A stretch of DNA of 61,974 nucleotides, from contig JARDVH010000193.1 of NCBI GenBank assembly GCA_030324005.1, positions 70,981,974 through 71,043,947 on the forward strand. The letters are read 5' to 3'. The DNA comes from Negaprion brevirostris. Its lineage: Eukaryota. This document shows, piece by piece, positions 51,321 through 61,910 of this stretch. The notes beneath the pieces were generated by a model. It was given only the letters and a program-made list of their open reading frames with translations, was not told the origin of the DNA and searched no databases. Made by a program: the position numbers and the translations under genes. The first letter of the stretch is position 1. Each line of letters starts with the position of its first letter.

Positions 51321-52069
51321 TTTATCTTTCCCTTCTTTCAACATATCATTCAGTTTCTGTTCTTCCTATCAGTTCTCAAGGAGATCAGAAGAGCTCTCAG
51401 CAAGGTGGAGTTAAGATTACAATTGGATGAGCCATGGTCTAATTGAATGGTGGAGCAGGCTCAAAGGGCTGAATGGCTGACCCTTGTTCCCATGTCCCTA
51501 TTCAATTGAGATGCCAGGAGACAAAATAAAATCTCTCCCTAGAAATGAAGCTTCAATCCTGAAATTTTTGTTCTTGGAAAATGGGAAAGGTATGAGACTT
51601 TGGGAAGGCAGGTAGAATAGAAAGAGAGCTCAAATTTGGCCGGAGAAATTCTACCATTTTATGATGACATGAGAAGGAATAGAAACTGAATTAACAATTA
51701 AACATTTCAATGGGTGCAAGATAAGTGAAGAACAGAAGCAGAAAGTGGTGGCCATCAGAAGACTGTAAGCGAAGGCTTGGATGAATGGATCACAAAATAT
51801 CTACTTAACCAATGATAAAACAATTGAAATCTGTGAACAAATTCCCATTGGCCAGTCTGTTGCTAGCAGAATAATGGAGACAGGGTCGAATGGTCACCAC
51901 AAATAAATCAGAGTGGCAGAAAGATATATGGACTTAGAGGATCAATCAATTAGCAAAGGCCATATACACAATATAGAAAATATATATATTAAATAATATG
52001 CACTTGTGAAGGAGAATCATATACTCTTATTTAAAGCTATTTATGTATTATAATTGTTTCAAAACATAC

Positions 52070-52162
52070 CAGCAGAGCTGTCATGTGAGTATACAGGTCC
52101 CATTGCGATTGGAAAAGGGAAGAGATAGCCATGGACACAGTATTTGGATGGAGGTTGGTTTG
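52070..52162 (-). CDS. TMEM182: TMEM182-family gene, internal coding exon (exon 3 equivalent)
   Basis: 93 nt, ttatacag| ... |gtatgt, phase 1/1. Translates (T)NQPPSKYCVHGYLFPFPIAMGPVYSHDSSA(V), cf. TMEM182 NQPPSKNCTHAYLSPYP. Confidence 0.93.
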
Positions 52163-53539
52163 CTGTATAATACAAAATATGAAGACATTAATCAAATTCT
52201 CCAAAACAATGTCGTAGATTTGTCGTTATGGGATAGATATTGCTAAATGTTTTATCCCTTTCTTTCTCAGCTTTGTTTGTCTAGATTGGTGTGGTCAGAT
52301 TTTTATTGTTAGGGTTCCTGCACTGGAATATTGTCTTCCACATTTTTACAGAAGTCACTTCATTAGATTTAATTTGGGGTCACTTGCCATTTTAATGATT
52401 CCACTCTCGCAGCTTAATAATGGGAAGAGGGAAACTGTGAGCAGGGAAAACAAAGGATTCCCAAGGTCTGAAAGGAAGAGGATCAACTTTAAAACTCTGT
52501 TCTTGAAATCCTGGAAGAGATTATTTTGTAGAGTATTTTCTTTAAATAATGCTTTTGGTTGCTGCGCAAACATAAAACAAACATGGATGCCTCCAAGAAT
52601 CAAATCTAGTTTCACAAATTGATTTACTTGTTTGTTTCAGGCAATGGTTTACATTCCTTGAAAAGTAAAATATTATTTTGCAGTGGTGAAAGTCATTGTG
52701 AACGAATAAATCGCTTCAACTCTGGAAGACATGTCAGTCATTTTATACTGAAAATAATAAACTAGTGTTTTTGATTGAGTGGCTGATGGTGTAATCAAAA
52801 AGGTGGGCATTTTGAGGAGAATTTGGAAAGTAGGTAAGGATGTTACAAATTGGAACTGCCTTGGGAGCGGTTCCAGAAATCTGGGCCAAAATGGCTAAAG
52901 GCTCTGGAATAGGTGGTCAAGGCACAGAATAGTTAATGGAAACTCCAAAAGAGGCCAGGGTGAGAACTGAAATAAAGGGCTGGGAGAGGTTGTGAGCCCA
53001 CTTGGGGGAATTTAAACAAGGTCAACGTTTATAACTTAATTAGATAGAGGAAACGGGAACAGTCCAAATAGGCAAAAGCTGGGAGTTAACTAAGCAGTAG
53101 TTTATCAGTTTTATCTTATCTGGATGATGTTGAGTTTTATATGGTGATATCTGGGAAGAAAGTAAGGACAGCTTTGGAGACCAGAAGCCTGGATGAGCAC
53201 TTAAGGGAAGATAAGGTAAGTGATAGATGAAGGCAGATGATGTTACAGAGGTAGAGATAAACCGTTTTGGCTTTATTTCATTACCTTGGAAGCTCCTGTT
53301 TCTTTCCAGCTACAACCATGTTTATTGATCTCAGCCCACTGCGCAATCTGCTTCGAGATAAGGCAGCAGGGAGCAAGTCAAATCAATTATATCTATGCCA
53401 TGAGCTTGATTGCTTTCCTTAAGGGGAAAATATGAAATTCAAAGCCCACATTAGTGACACATCCCAGGTAAATATATTTGTGAAACATTAAGTGGGAACA
53501 TATTAGTCCATAAATCCCACGACCCATTTCCCTTGAGTA

Positions 53540-54445
53540 TTAGAGGTGGCTCGGTCAATAGTACTCCTGCCTGCTAATTCAGAAGATCATGAGTTCAAGT
53601 CCCACTCCAGAAACATGAGCATAAATCCCGAATGATGCTCTGATGTAGTACTGAGCGAGTGCTGTACTATCACCGGCACAGTGCCAACTAGCAAAGGTAA
53701 CTAATACCTCCTGAGATTGGTTACCTTACCCTAGTAATGTTTGGCAGCTTGAAAGGTCTCCGAGGGAAGAATGCCAGTCTCAGCTTGCATGGATTCCATT
53801 GTATGTAAAGGGAGCAACTCCTGGAACTGCCCTTATTATTGTTGATGAAACATCTGCCCATGACCTCCTTAGCTGGAATTTACAGGAACTGTCCAATTAG
53901 GTGGAATCCCAATGAAGTCTGGATATGGTTCATTTTCTGGCTCCCTGGACATAAGTGCAGCCTCCGGCCGCTCCAGCCCCTGGAATTTTGGGACCCAAAT
54001 GTTTCCTCTGTCTCGCACACTTTAAATGATGGCCAAATATTTTTCTTTTCAATCTGCTTTGCTGGGAGAAAGTCAATTATCCTCCAGGTTTCAGCCACAT
54101 GTTCACCNNNNNNNNNNNNNNNNNNNNNNNNNNNNNNNNNNNNNNNNNNNNNNNNNNNNNNNNNNNNNNAATGAAAGGTTACCGGCCTGAAAGATCAACT
54201 GTTCTTCTCCCCGTGGATGCTGCCTGACCTGCTGAATACCTCCAGCATTCTCTGCTTTTATTTCAGATTCCCAATATCATTAAAAGCAGATTATCTTGCC
54301 ATTTAAGTCATTGTCGCTTGTGGGAGCTTGCTGCAAATTGATTTTGACATTTTCATGCATTATCACAGTGACCACACTTCCAAACTTCGCAACTATGAAG
54401 TGCTTTGGGGAATTCTGAAGAAAGGTTATGAATCACACAATATAA
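53540..54445 (+). mobile_element. SacSINE1/DeuSINE-like element split by insertions (head 53540-53680, tail 54275-54445)
   Basis: tcagaagatcatgagttcaagtcccactccag...gtagtactgagcgagtgctg; then gcttgtgggagcttgctg...gaagtgctttggg. A Penelope-like fragment lies at 54170-54272. Confidence 0.55.
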
Positions 54446-54544
54446 ATCGGACAGGATTTTCCCCTGCGGTGTGTTTTATTGGTGGCAAAAGTAGACCTTC
54501 CAGCCCTGCCGGAGTGCCTTTCTGAACTGCTGCACTCTAAAGTT

Positions 54545-54757
54545 TTAAGTTTATTTATTAGTGTCACAAGTAGGCTTACATTAACTCTGAAATGAAGTTA
54601 CTGTGAAAATATCCCAATCTATGTAGGTTTCCACCGGATGCTCTGGTTTTCTCCCACTATCTGAAAGACGTGCTAGTTGGGTGTTTTGGCCATGCTAAAT
54701 TCTCCCTCAGTGTACCCGAATAAGCACTGGAATATGGTAACTAGGGGATTTTCACTG
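54545..54757. mobile_element. Rearranged SINE (second tail type): tail on minus strand, body on plus strand
   Basis: aagtttatttattagtgtcac...gttactgtgaaaat (reverse tail), immediately followed by ggtttccaccggatgctctgg...ctaggggattttcac (forward body). Confidence 0.75.
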
Positions 54758-55046
54758 TACCTTTATTTTGCATATCACACCTGTCTCACCATTGCAGAAC
54801 CCCCATGGTGGGGGTCTCCTTCAATAGGATTGGAAGATGCCACCAGCGGGAAAGGTCAGAGCATCCCGCTTGCAAGCTTCGTTTTCTTTTTGAGATTGTG
54901 ATTAACTATTTCTAGAAAATGGTTGAACAGGGACATCTACAGAGTGGTCCCTGTATTTCAGCTGAAAGCACATTTTGGGTGTGATACAGATATATCCGGC
55001 ACACATCAATGATTGAAGTTGACAGCAATATATTGGTGCTACTCAC

Positions 55047-55167
55047 TGAACCAGAAATTCCAGATACTATCATGGGAAATGTCTTCAGTGAACCAACAGC
55101 GCCAAATGAAACCCTCATGGTGAAAGGTGATGGCTGATTCATCATGTTCTTCTGGTGCTTGCCTGCT
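55047..55167 (-). CDS. TMEM182: TMEM182-family gene, internal coding exon (equivalent of human coding exon 2)
   Basis: 121 nt, acceptor tcatgcag| (phase 0), donor |gtgagt. Translates SRQAPEEHDESAITFHHEGFIWRCWFTEDISHDSIWNFWF(T), matching the TMEM182 TFHHEGFFWRCWF...IWKFW motif. The 5' boundary is slightly less certain than the 3' boundary. Confidence 0.9.
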
Positions 55168-55474
55168 CTGCATGACAACATAATACATTACAGATTACAA
55201 GTCGATAATGGTTAGGTAAGAGATCCAGATTATAGCAAAGATGCACAAGAAACTTGCGTTCTTGCCAGTTTAGAATTAAACAATTTAATGTTTGTTTCTA
55301 AGCTGGATTTATCTAAATTCGCTGAGCTGGGCGAGTAGAGGTCACCTATTACAAGGAAGGAGATTTGTCCTTCTTCCCAGGTGTCACGCTTTACACGCAG
55401 CTTGTTGGTAAGGGATTGACATTCCAAGCGATTGTGAGGCATTCCAGATAAAATGTTAAACATGAAACTATAAA

Positions 55475-56165
55475 ACATTCATTCCCTCCACCACCGATAC
55501 AGTGGCAGTAGCATGCACCATCTATAAGATGCACTGCAGGAACTCACCAAGTCTCTTCGACAGCACCTTCCACACCTGTGACTGCTGCAACCTGGAAAGA
55601 TAAGGACTGCAGACACATGGAAACACCACCACCTGCTGGTTCCCACCAAATTACACACCTGACTTGGAAATATATCGCTATTCCTTCACTGTCGCTGGGT
55701 CAAAATCCTGGAACTCCCTCACAAACAGCACTGTGGATGTACTGCAGGGTGGCACAGTGGCATAGTGATTAGCACTGCTGCCTCACTGCGCCAGGGACCC
55801 AGGTTTGATTCCCAGCTTGGGTGGCTGTCTGTGTGGAATCTGCATGTTCTCCCCATGTCTGCATAGGTGTCCTCCGGGTGCTCTGCCTTCCAAAAGATCC
55901 AAAGATGAGCTGGTTAGGTGCATTGGCCATGCTAAATTCTCCCTCAGTGTACCCAAACAGGTGCTGGAGTGTGGTGACTAGGGGATTTTCACAGTTAATG
56001 CAAGCCTTCTAGTGACACTAGTAAATAAAGTTAAAACTTTAGAGTGCAGCAGTTCAGAAAGGCAGCTCAGCACACCTTTTCAAGGGCAATTAGAGATGGG
56101 GAATAAATGCTGACCTAGCTCGTGACAGCTGCATCCCTGACAAGAATTTTCAAAAGACGATTAAA
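55475..56165 (+). mobile_element. LINE 3' region interrupted by a full SINE (55747-56036)
   Basis: aaacattcattccctccaccacc...gcactgtggatgtac [SINE] tgcagcagttcagaaaggcagctc...caagggcaattagagatggggaataaatgct. Confidence 0.8.
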
Positions 56166-56302
56166 AANNNNNNNNNNNNNNNNNNNNNNNNNNNNNNNNN
56201 NNNCAGTGGGGTGTTCAATTTCAATTTGGATCATGAGGCTAAAAGATATGGATGAAGATTCAGCTAATGTTTGCTCAGAGATATGTTTGATAGTAGAGCC
56301 AT

Positions 56303-56880
56303 TGGCCGGGATTTTACCAGTTTGCTTTGATGGCGGAGTGAGCCAATAAAACCGCGCGAGAGCCGAGAAATCAGGATCGCACCTAATTTTTTGGCTCTAG
56401 CGATTTTGTGCGAGGCAGATTTCCGGTTCGGTCAGCCTCTGGTCGAAAATGGCCGGGGCTACGTGTCCATGAATGGGGAACAGTTGTGTTGGCCTCGCTG
56501 CTGGAACCGGAGTCCATTGAGGCCCCTCCCAGGGAGGCTGACGGCAAAGGGAGTGTCACTTGGGCAGTGCCAGACTGGCAGTGTCAGCCACCTTGGCAAT
56601 GCAAGCCTGGCACCTCGATAATGCTCACCAGGTAGCTTTGCACTGCCCACCCGGCAGTGCTGGGTAGGGGCTTATGGGGCATAGGGCTTATAGGAGCAGG
56701 GCTTATGGAGGGCAGGGTTTATATGTGTGGGACCTGAAGAGGTCCGCATTTTGCCTATGATTGAACTGGGGGAGGGGGGGCCATTGTTACTTTGCAGGCG
56801 ATTGGTGCGGGGGAGGGCCCGCTGCTGCTCTGCAGACAATCAGATCATGTGGAAGGGGGGTGGTGGGCAGCAGTGGCAGG
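56303..56880. mobile_element. Non-autonomous Harbinger-type element fragment
   Basis: TIR-like start ggccgggattttacc; internal gggcagtgcc...ggcagtgt..accttggca motif shared with 25430, 28120 and 17620. Confidence 0.55.
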
Positions 56881-56939
56881 ACTCGCTCAGCATCATGATC
56901 ATTGCAGGGGCTGCATTTTGTGTTGTTGGTGAATCCTGT

Positions 56940-57290
56940 CCCTCAGAAACTCCTCCAGTCACCTACCCATCACCGATGTCAAGCTCACCAGCCTTTAATT
57001 GCCTGGCTTGTCTTTGCTATTCTTCTTAAACAATGGAACAATGTTAGCCACCCTCCAGTCTCCCGGAATTTCGCCAGTGGAAAGAGATGAAGAAAGTATC
57101 TTTCAAGGGCCTCAATAAATTCTCCCCTAGCCACCCACAAGATTCAAGAATGCACTTGATCAGGCAAAGGGGACTTATCTATCTTAACGTGCTTTAAGGC
57201 TGCAGATACCTCCTCCCTATTAATATGTATGTGCCCCAAGACATCACCTCTTGTTTCCCTTATTTCTTTAGCACCTATGATGTTCTCTGC
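56940..57290 (-). mobile_element. CR1 ORF2 fragment (pre-RT region)
   Basis: Reverse strand encodes KSPLPDQVH..IL..ARGE..EAL, cf. KSPGPD...PRIL.E.REEIA.AL. Confidence 0.6.
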
Positions 57291-57537
57291 AATAGTCCAT
57301 TAGAGCCAGTCAGTGCTATGTGCTGATATCCTTTCTGAAACAAACGGGAGGAAACAGGATTAAAAATTATATGGATGAGTTTTGTCCTGCTGATTATCTG
57401 GTTCACCCTGTGTCCTCTTGCTAGGTATGTTAAGGAAGATCTGAAGGAAGTTCATTGTAGTTTCTTTTGAGATATTTGTGTACACATTTTCTTCTAAGTG
57501 CCCAGCGAACACCTCCGGCAACACAGCTGGACATAGC

Positions 57538-57661
57538 GGCTGGGATTTTACAGCCTTGCTTGGGCGCGACCGGAAATTCCCAGCTGAGGCCAATGGAGAT
57601 TTTCATTGTTGGACCCTCGCCCGCTCCAATTCTGGGCGGGTGAGGTGGTAAAGTTCCTGCC
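57538..57661. mobile_element. Short MITE
   Basis: ggctgggattttac ... gtaaagttcctgcc imperfect TIRs. Confidence 0.55.
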
Positions 57662-57904
57662 AGTATTCCTGCTGCCAGCTGCTCACTTTGCTCAGGCGGG
57701 ATGGTGAAAGGGCTGGGTAGGGTCTCATTCTAGGCTTCTCGGTTAGTCTTTATTACCAAAGGCTTACCCTGAGCATTGAAGGATTCCACTGAAAATTTGC
57801 ATGTGTTGTTGGCCAGTTTCATGATGCTTCCTGTGAGAACCTTTGACCGTGTCCACAATTGATGAACAGCGGATAAATACAAGTGGCAAATGGTAGGTCG
57901 ATCA

Positions 57905-58515
57905 TAACAACATATGAAACAGGAGATGAATGGGTCCTGCAGCATCTCAAGCCTGTTCTGCCATTCAGTGAGATCATGGTTGAACTTGAACTTATACAAT
58001 ATGTTAACTCACTCAACCTATTCTGATCCCTTAATCCCCTTTGGATCTAACATCTACCAATCCCAGTCTTGAATATGCTTAATGATTGAGAGTCCACAGC
58101 TCTCAGGGATAGAGAATTCCAAAGATTCAGAGCACTTTGAGTGAAGACATTTCTCCTGATCCCAGCCCTCTTTCAGAATCCAATGACTCCTAGATCTGAA
58201 CCTACCAGTCAAGAGAAACAGCTTCTTACCCCAAGTGGTCTCAGAGTTTTATACAGTTTAATTGGATCACCTCTCATTCTTTGAAATGCCAGAGAATATA
58301 AGCCCATCCTACTTAATCTGCCTGCATAGGGCAGCTTCGCGTGCCTGGAATCGATCTACTGAACCTTAGTTATGACCCGAGGGCAAGTATATCTTTCTTT
58401 AGGTAAAGAAATCAAAACTGTACGTCACACTCCAGGAGTGGTCTCACAAAGGCCCTAAATAATTGTATTAAATCTTCCTTACTCTTACACTGTTTTTGCA
58501 ATAAAAGCTAGCATA
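57905..58515 (-). mobile_element. CR1 LINE 3' region
   Basis: ctgccattcagtgagatcatgg...agagaattccaaagattca...gatcacctctcattct...caaaactgtac...actccagg.gtggtctcac. Confidence 0.8.
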
Positions 58516-59439
58516 TATTTTTTGTGCTCACTTCAAGTTAGCAACTGTAGGGGCCCTGGGAGCAAAGGAATTTAGCTGTTAATCCAGAACACTTAAGGGT
58601 CTGTGTCATTCCAGCAGTAAATGGCAGCTCAGCTCCTTCATGTTGCAAGACGCACAAACTTACAGCTGTGATGCATTTCAATCCTGCACATGCTTTTGTT
58701 ACCAAGCTGTGTTTTCAAACCTCAGAGGTTCATTCACACGAACCTGGCACCTCACCATTTCCATGTGCTGTTTTCAAATAAAAATGTTCCATGAGAGACA
58801 CAGCACTGATTTTTTTTTTGTGCCCTAAAGCTGTCTGATGTGTAAATGAAGAACGGAGCTCGAGATTTCCAACATTCAGAGTTTGGGCTGCCGTTTTCTA
58901 GAGTAAAAATTACCTTGTAAGGTGGTGTTGCTGTATATGTCTCACAATGCTAGTACCACCTCATGGGCAGTAAGGTTTCAGCATATGGATTGAACATATC
59001 AAATTTGCAATTGTAAATGTACAGGAAAAAATAGCTAAGATAACATGAGGAAAACAAGAGAAACTGGCACCTTTCTCACCAGGACAAAAAGGGGAAATTG
59101 GAGATTTGATAGAGGTGCTGAAAAAAAATGATGGGAGCTATTTAGTTAAAGCAGGTGCCAAAATGGGTGCTGTGCTAATAAAAAACACCCGCTTGGAAGT
59201 CTGGATTTAGCATGCATTTTTCCAGTTAACTGATAATCATTATGAGTTGAACCTGCCTACAGACCCTGAAGCTGTCAATTAACTGCAGGCTGATTGCTCA
59301 AGCACTGATTAGACATAATTTTCCTGGAGATATAGCTGTTGCCTGCGGTCACTCACTTCCTTCCGGTCTTTCACACATCTTTCAAATGGACTCACTCTGC
59401 ATCATGATCATTGCAGGGGCTGCATTTTGTGTTGGTGAA

Positions 59440-59645
59440 TGGCTGTGCCATTTGAAGGATGTGTGAAAGAGCAAAAGAGAGTGGGACCATGAGCTCTGAT
59501 ATGGCACCAGATGTCCTCTTGGGGGAAGTGGGAAGGACCCCACAGAGACAATTAATGTACTGCATGTGGGAGGTGGTGGTGATAGCCAGGAGTGCCACCC
59601 CAGGAAATGGTTCTAGTGCCACAAGGAATTTAACAACTTGACAAA
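59440..59645 (+). mobile_element. Harbinger Myb/SANT-like accessory ORF remnant
   Basis: ERAKE...SSDMAPDVLLGEVGR...WEVV...ARS then PRKWF*CHKEFNNLT, cf. RFSDxxLEVLVEEV...W..VA...RT..QCRKKFNDLT. Confidence 0.6.
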
Positions 59646-60201
59646 GGCATTCAAGGAATATTCCTACATTCTCAACTTCTCAACAACTACACAGCACCAC
59701 CATCATCTCAACACATTTTACCCATTATTAAGCTATACACTGGCTTTCAAACACCCCACACTATTGCATATTCCACAAGCTGCACTTACATTATGTTAGG
59801 TCTCATACACATAGGTGCACACAAATACTCCAGTCAATACATTCATTCCTAATCACCATTCTTTGGCTTCCAGGAAACTCCATAGAATCCTACAATGCAA
59901 AAGGAGGCCATTCGGTCCATCTATTCTGCAATGACTCTCTGAAAGAGCATTTTACCCAGGCCCATCCCCTCAACCTATCCCTGTAAATCCACACATTTAC
60001 CATGGATAGTCCAGCTAACATAAAATAGGACTTACTAGGCCGTAACAGGACCTGAGTAAAAAAAGGTCGATATGAGTTTTGTGTAGATGAATTGGCAACA
60101 AGTATTTTTATTGGTTGGTGAGTTGATATTGAGAAAGTGTAATGACTTCAATCAGGTCATTGAGGTTGGCCTTTTGAAGTATGAACTCTCTGATTAAGGA
60201 T

Positions 60202-60562
60202 CCCCTTTTTGCAACCTTGTGGAATCCATGAACCATGTCTATGTAATGTGTTGTAGGTTGCACATTTTCAGTTCCCTAAAAAATCTTTTATTGATGTTTT
60301 GTTTGCACTTCAGTCCCATGCTCTTGATCTACGGGCACCCAGTGTGGAGTGGGGCATGGAAGGAGGAGGATCTCCTTATGAACTTGCTCCTGGGCTTGGC
60401 AAGGCATTCCATTTGCAGGTCCAGGCAGCGGGTGATCAAGGGGGTTGTCCAACCCCACAGTTTGCCCCTTTAGCATGGCTATATTTGTGGCTAGGTGCCC
60501 CTGGAGAGGGAGCATGCGGTGTCTGAGGACACAGTTTGTTTATCTGGTTGAACACAAAAACA
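60202..60562 (-). mobile_element. Harbinger transposase C-terminal remnant, convergent with the Myb-like remnant
   Basis: GHLAT...GQTVGL...RCLD in mosaic frames, cf. HxxTRxxIEQTIGLLKxRFRCLD. Confidence 0.4.
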
Positions 60563-60746
60563 CTCTGATTAAGGATTCAATTGATAGGCAAATCAGGGAG
60601 TCTTTGCCTTGTACTTAACTGGGAGTGTCAGTTCCTCTGACACCCCCAGAGGCAGACTGCTAACTGCTAGCACTCTGTGTACTACAGTTAGAGTTTGTAA
60701 ATAAAGGGACTTTAGTGAATGGACTTCGATCTCTGAAGACTTATTA

Positions 60747-61910
60747 CTCCTAGTTCTTATGTTCTTATGATATTTGTGGGAACTGCCATGCTGCTTTACA
60801 GTAATGTAGCCATGCCCTGCTTGCCTCCCTTCACTTCCCACTTCTCCAGGCTGTAACCTCCTTTTCTGCCACTCTCTGTCAATATCAATACACTCCCTCC
60901 CCCTTTCCCCATCAGTAAATTTCTCCTTGACATAAGCATTTCATTAGCCCCCTGTTATATACTATCATTTTATATGTAAATACCTGAAAGTAGCTAGGAA
61001 CTGATGTGTTATGTGTAAGTGTTCCAGAGGCCACATATCACAGCTGTGCTAGCAACTGATGTGAAGCATAACAGAAACAGTTGTACAAGACTGCATGGCA
61101 AAATTAAACAGTTTCCGATCTTCTCAATCTTTATAATAAAGGCAAGATATTGCAGATGCTAGCAGAAAATGCTGGAAAATGGCAGCAAGTCTGACAACGT
61201 CTGTAGAGAGAGAATAGAGCCAACGTTTCGAATGTAGAGGATCCTTCAGCAGAGCTTTTGGTGTGATTATTAACAACATCTAGGAATCAAAAGATAATAA
61301 GACAACTCAGCACTCCCTATGCAGAAAAACATTGAGGGCTAAATGGTTTTATAAGAATATCACTAACTAAAATTCTACAAAAGCTTTGAGACAATAATTA
61401 ATTTTATTTAAATATGTTCATCCATTACAGTACAGAGTTGGGATTTAAATTTTAGGAAAAGTCAGTCATAACATTTTGTTAATAAAGAATTATCTACTTA
61501 ATTCCATTCCCTTGACTTTCTTTCATATTCAAAATTTTTTTCAAGTGTTTCTCCAATTATTTTTCAAAAACAATAATTAATTGTTCTTCCTGTACAATAT
61601 TTCATTAGAACACATTCCAAAGTGTTCCTCTGGAACACTTACACATAACACATCAGCTCCTAGCTACTTTCAGGTAGTTATATATAAAACAATAGTGTAT
61701 AACAGAGAGCTAAATGTAATGCTTATGTCAAGGAGAAATTTACTGATGGGGAAAGGGGGAGGTAGTGTATTGGTATTGACAGAGAGTGTCAGAAAAGGAG
61801 GTTCACCCTGGGGAAGTGGGAAGTGAAGGGAGGCAAGCAGGGCATGGCTGCATGACTGTAAAGCAGCATGGCAGTTCCCACAAATATCATAAGAACATAA
61901 GAACTAGGAG
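60747..61910. repeat. Long inverted repeat: arms 60747-61030 and 61627-61910 (284 bp each), 596-bp spacer
   Basis: Manual alignment of the left arm to the reverse complement of the right arm shows about 18 differences (~93-94% identity). Confidence 0.95.
61135..61256 (-). mobile_element. Penelope-like terminal fragment with a degenerate hammerhead-like core
   Basis: Reverse strand gctCTGCTGAaggatcctctacattcGAAAcgttggctctattctctctctacag...ccagcattttctg. Confidence 0.55.

Noticed and set aside
58914-58949. Possible 36-nt phase-0 extra TMEM182 exon (HCETYTATPPYK, donor AAG|gtaatt)
   Set aside because: No polypyrimidine tract, an in-frame stop just upstream excludes it as the end of exon 1, and no recognisable homology; it would need RNA-seq support.
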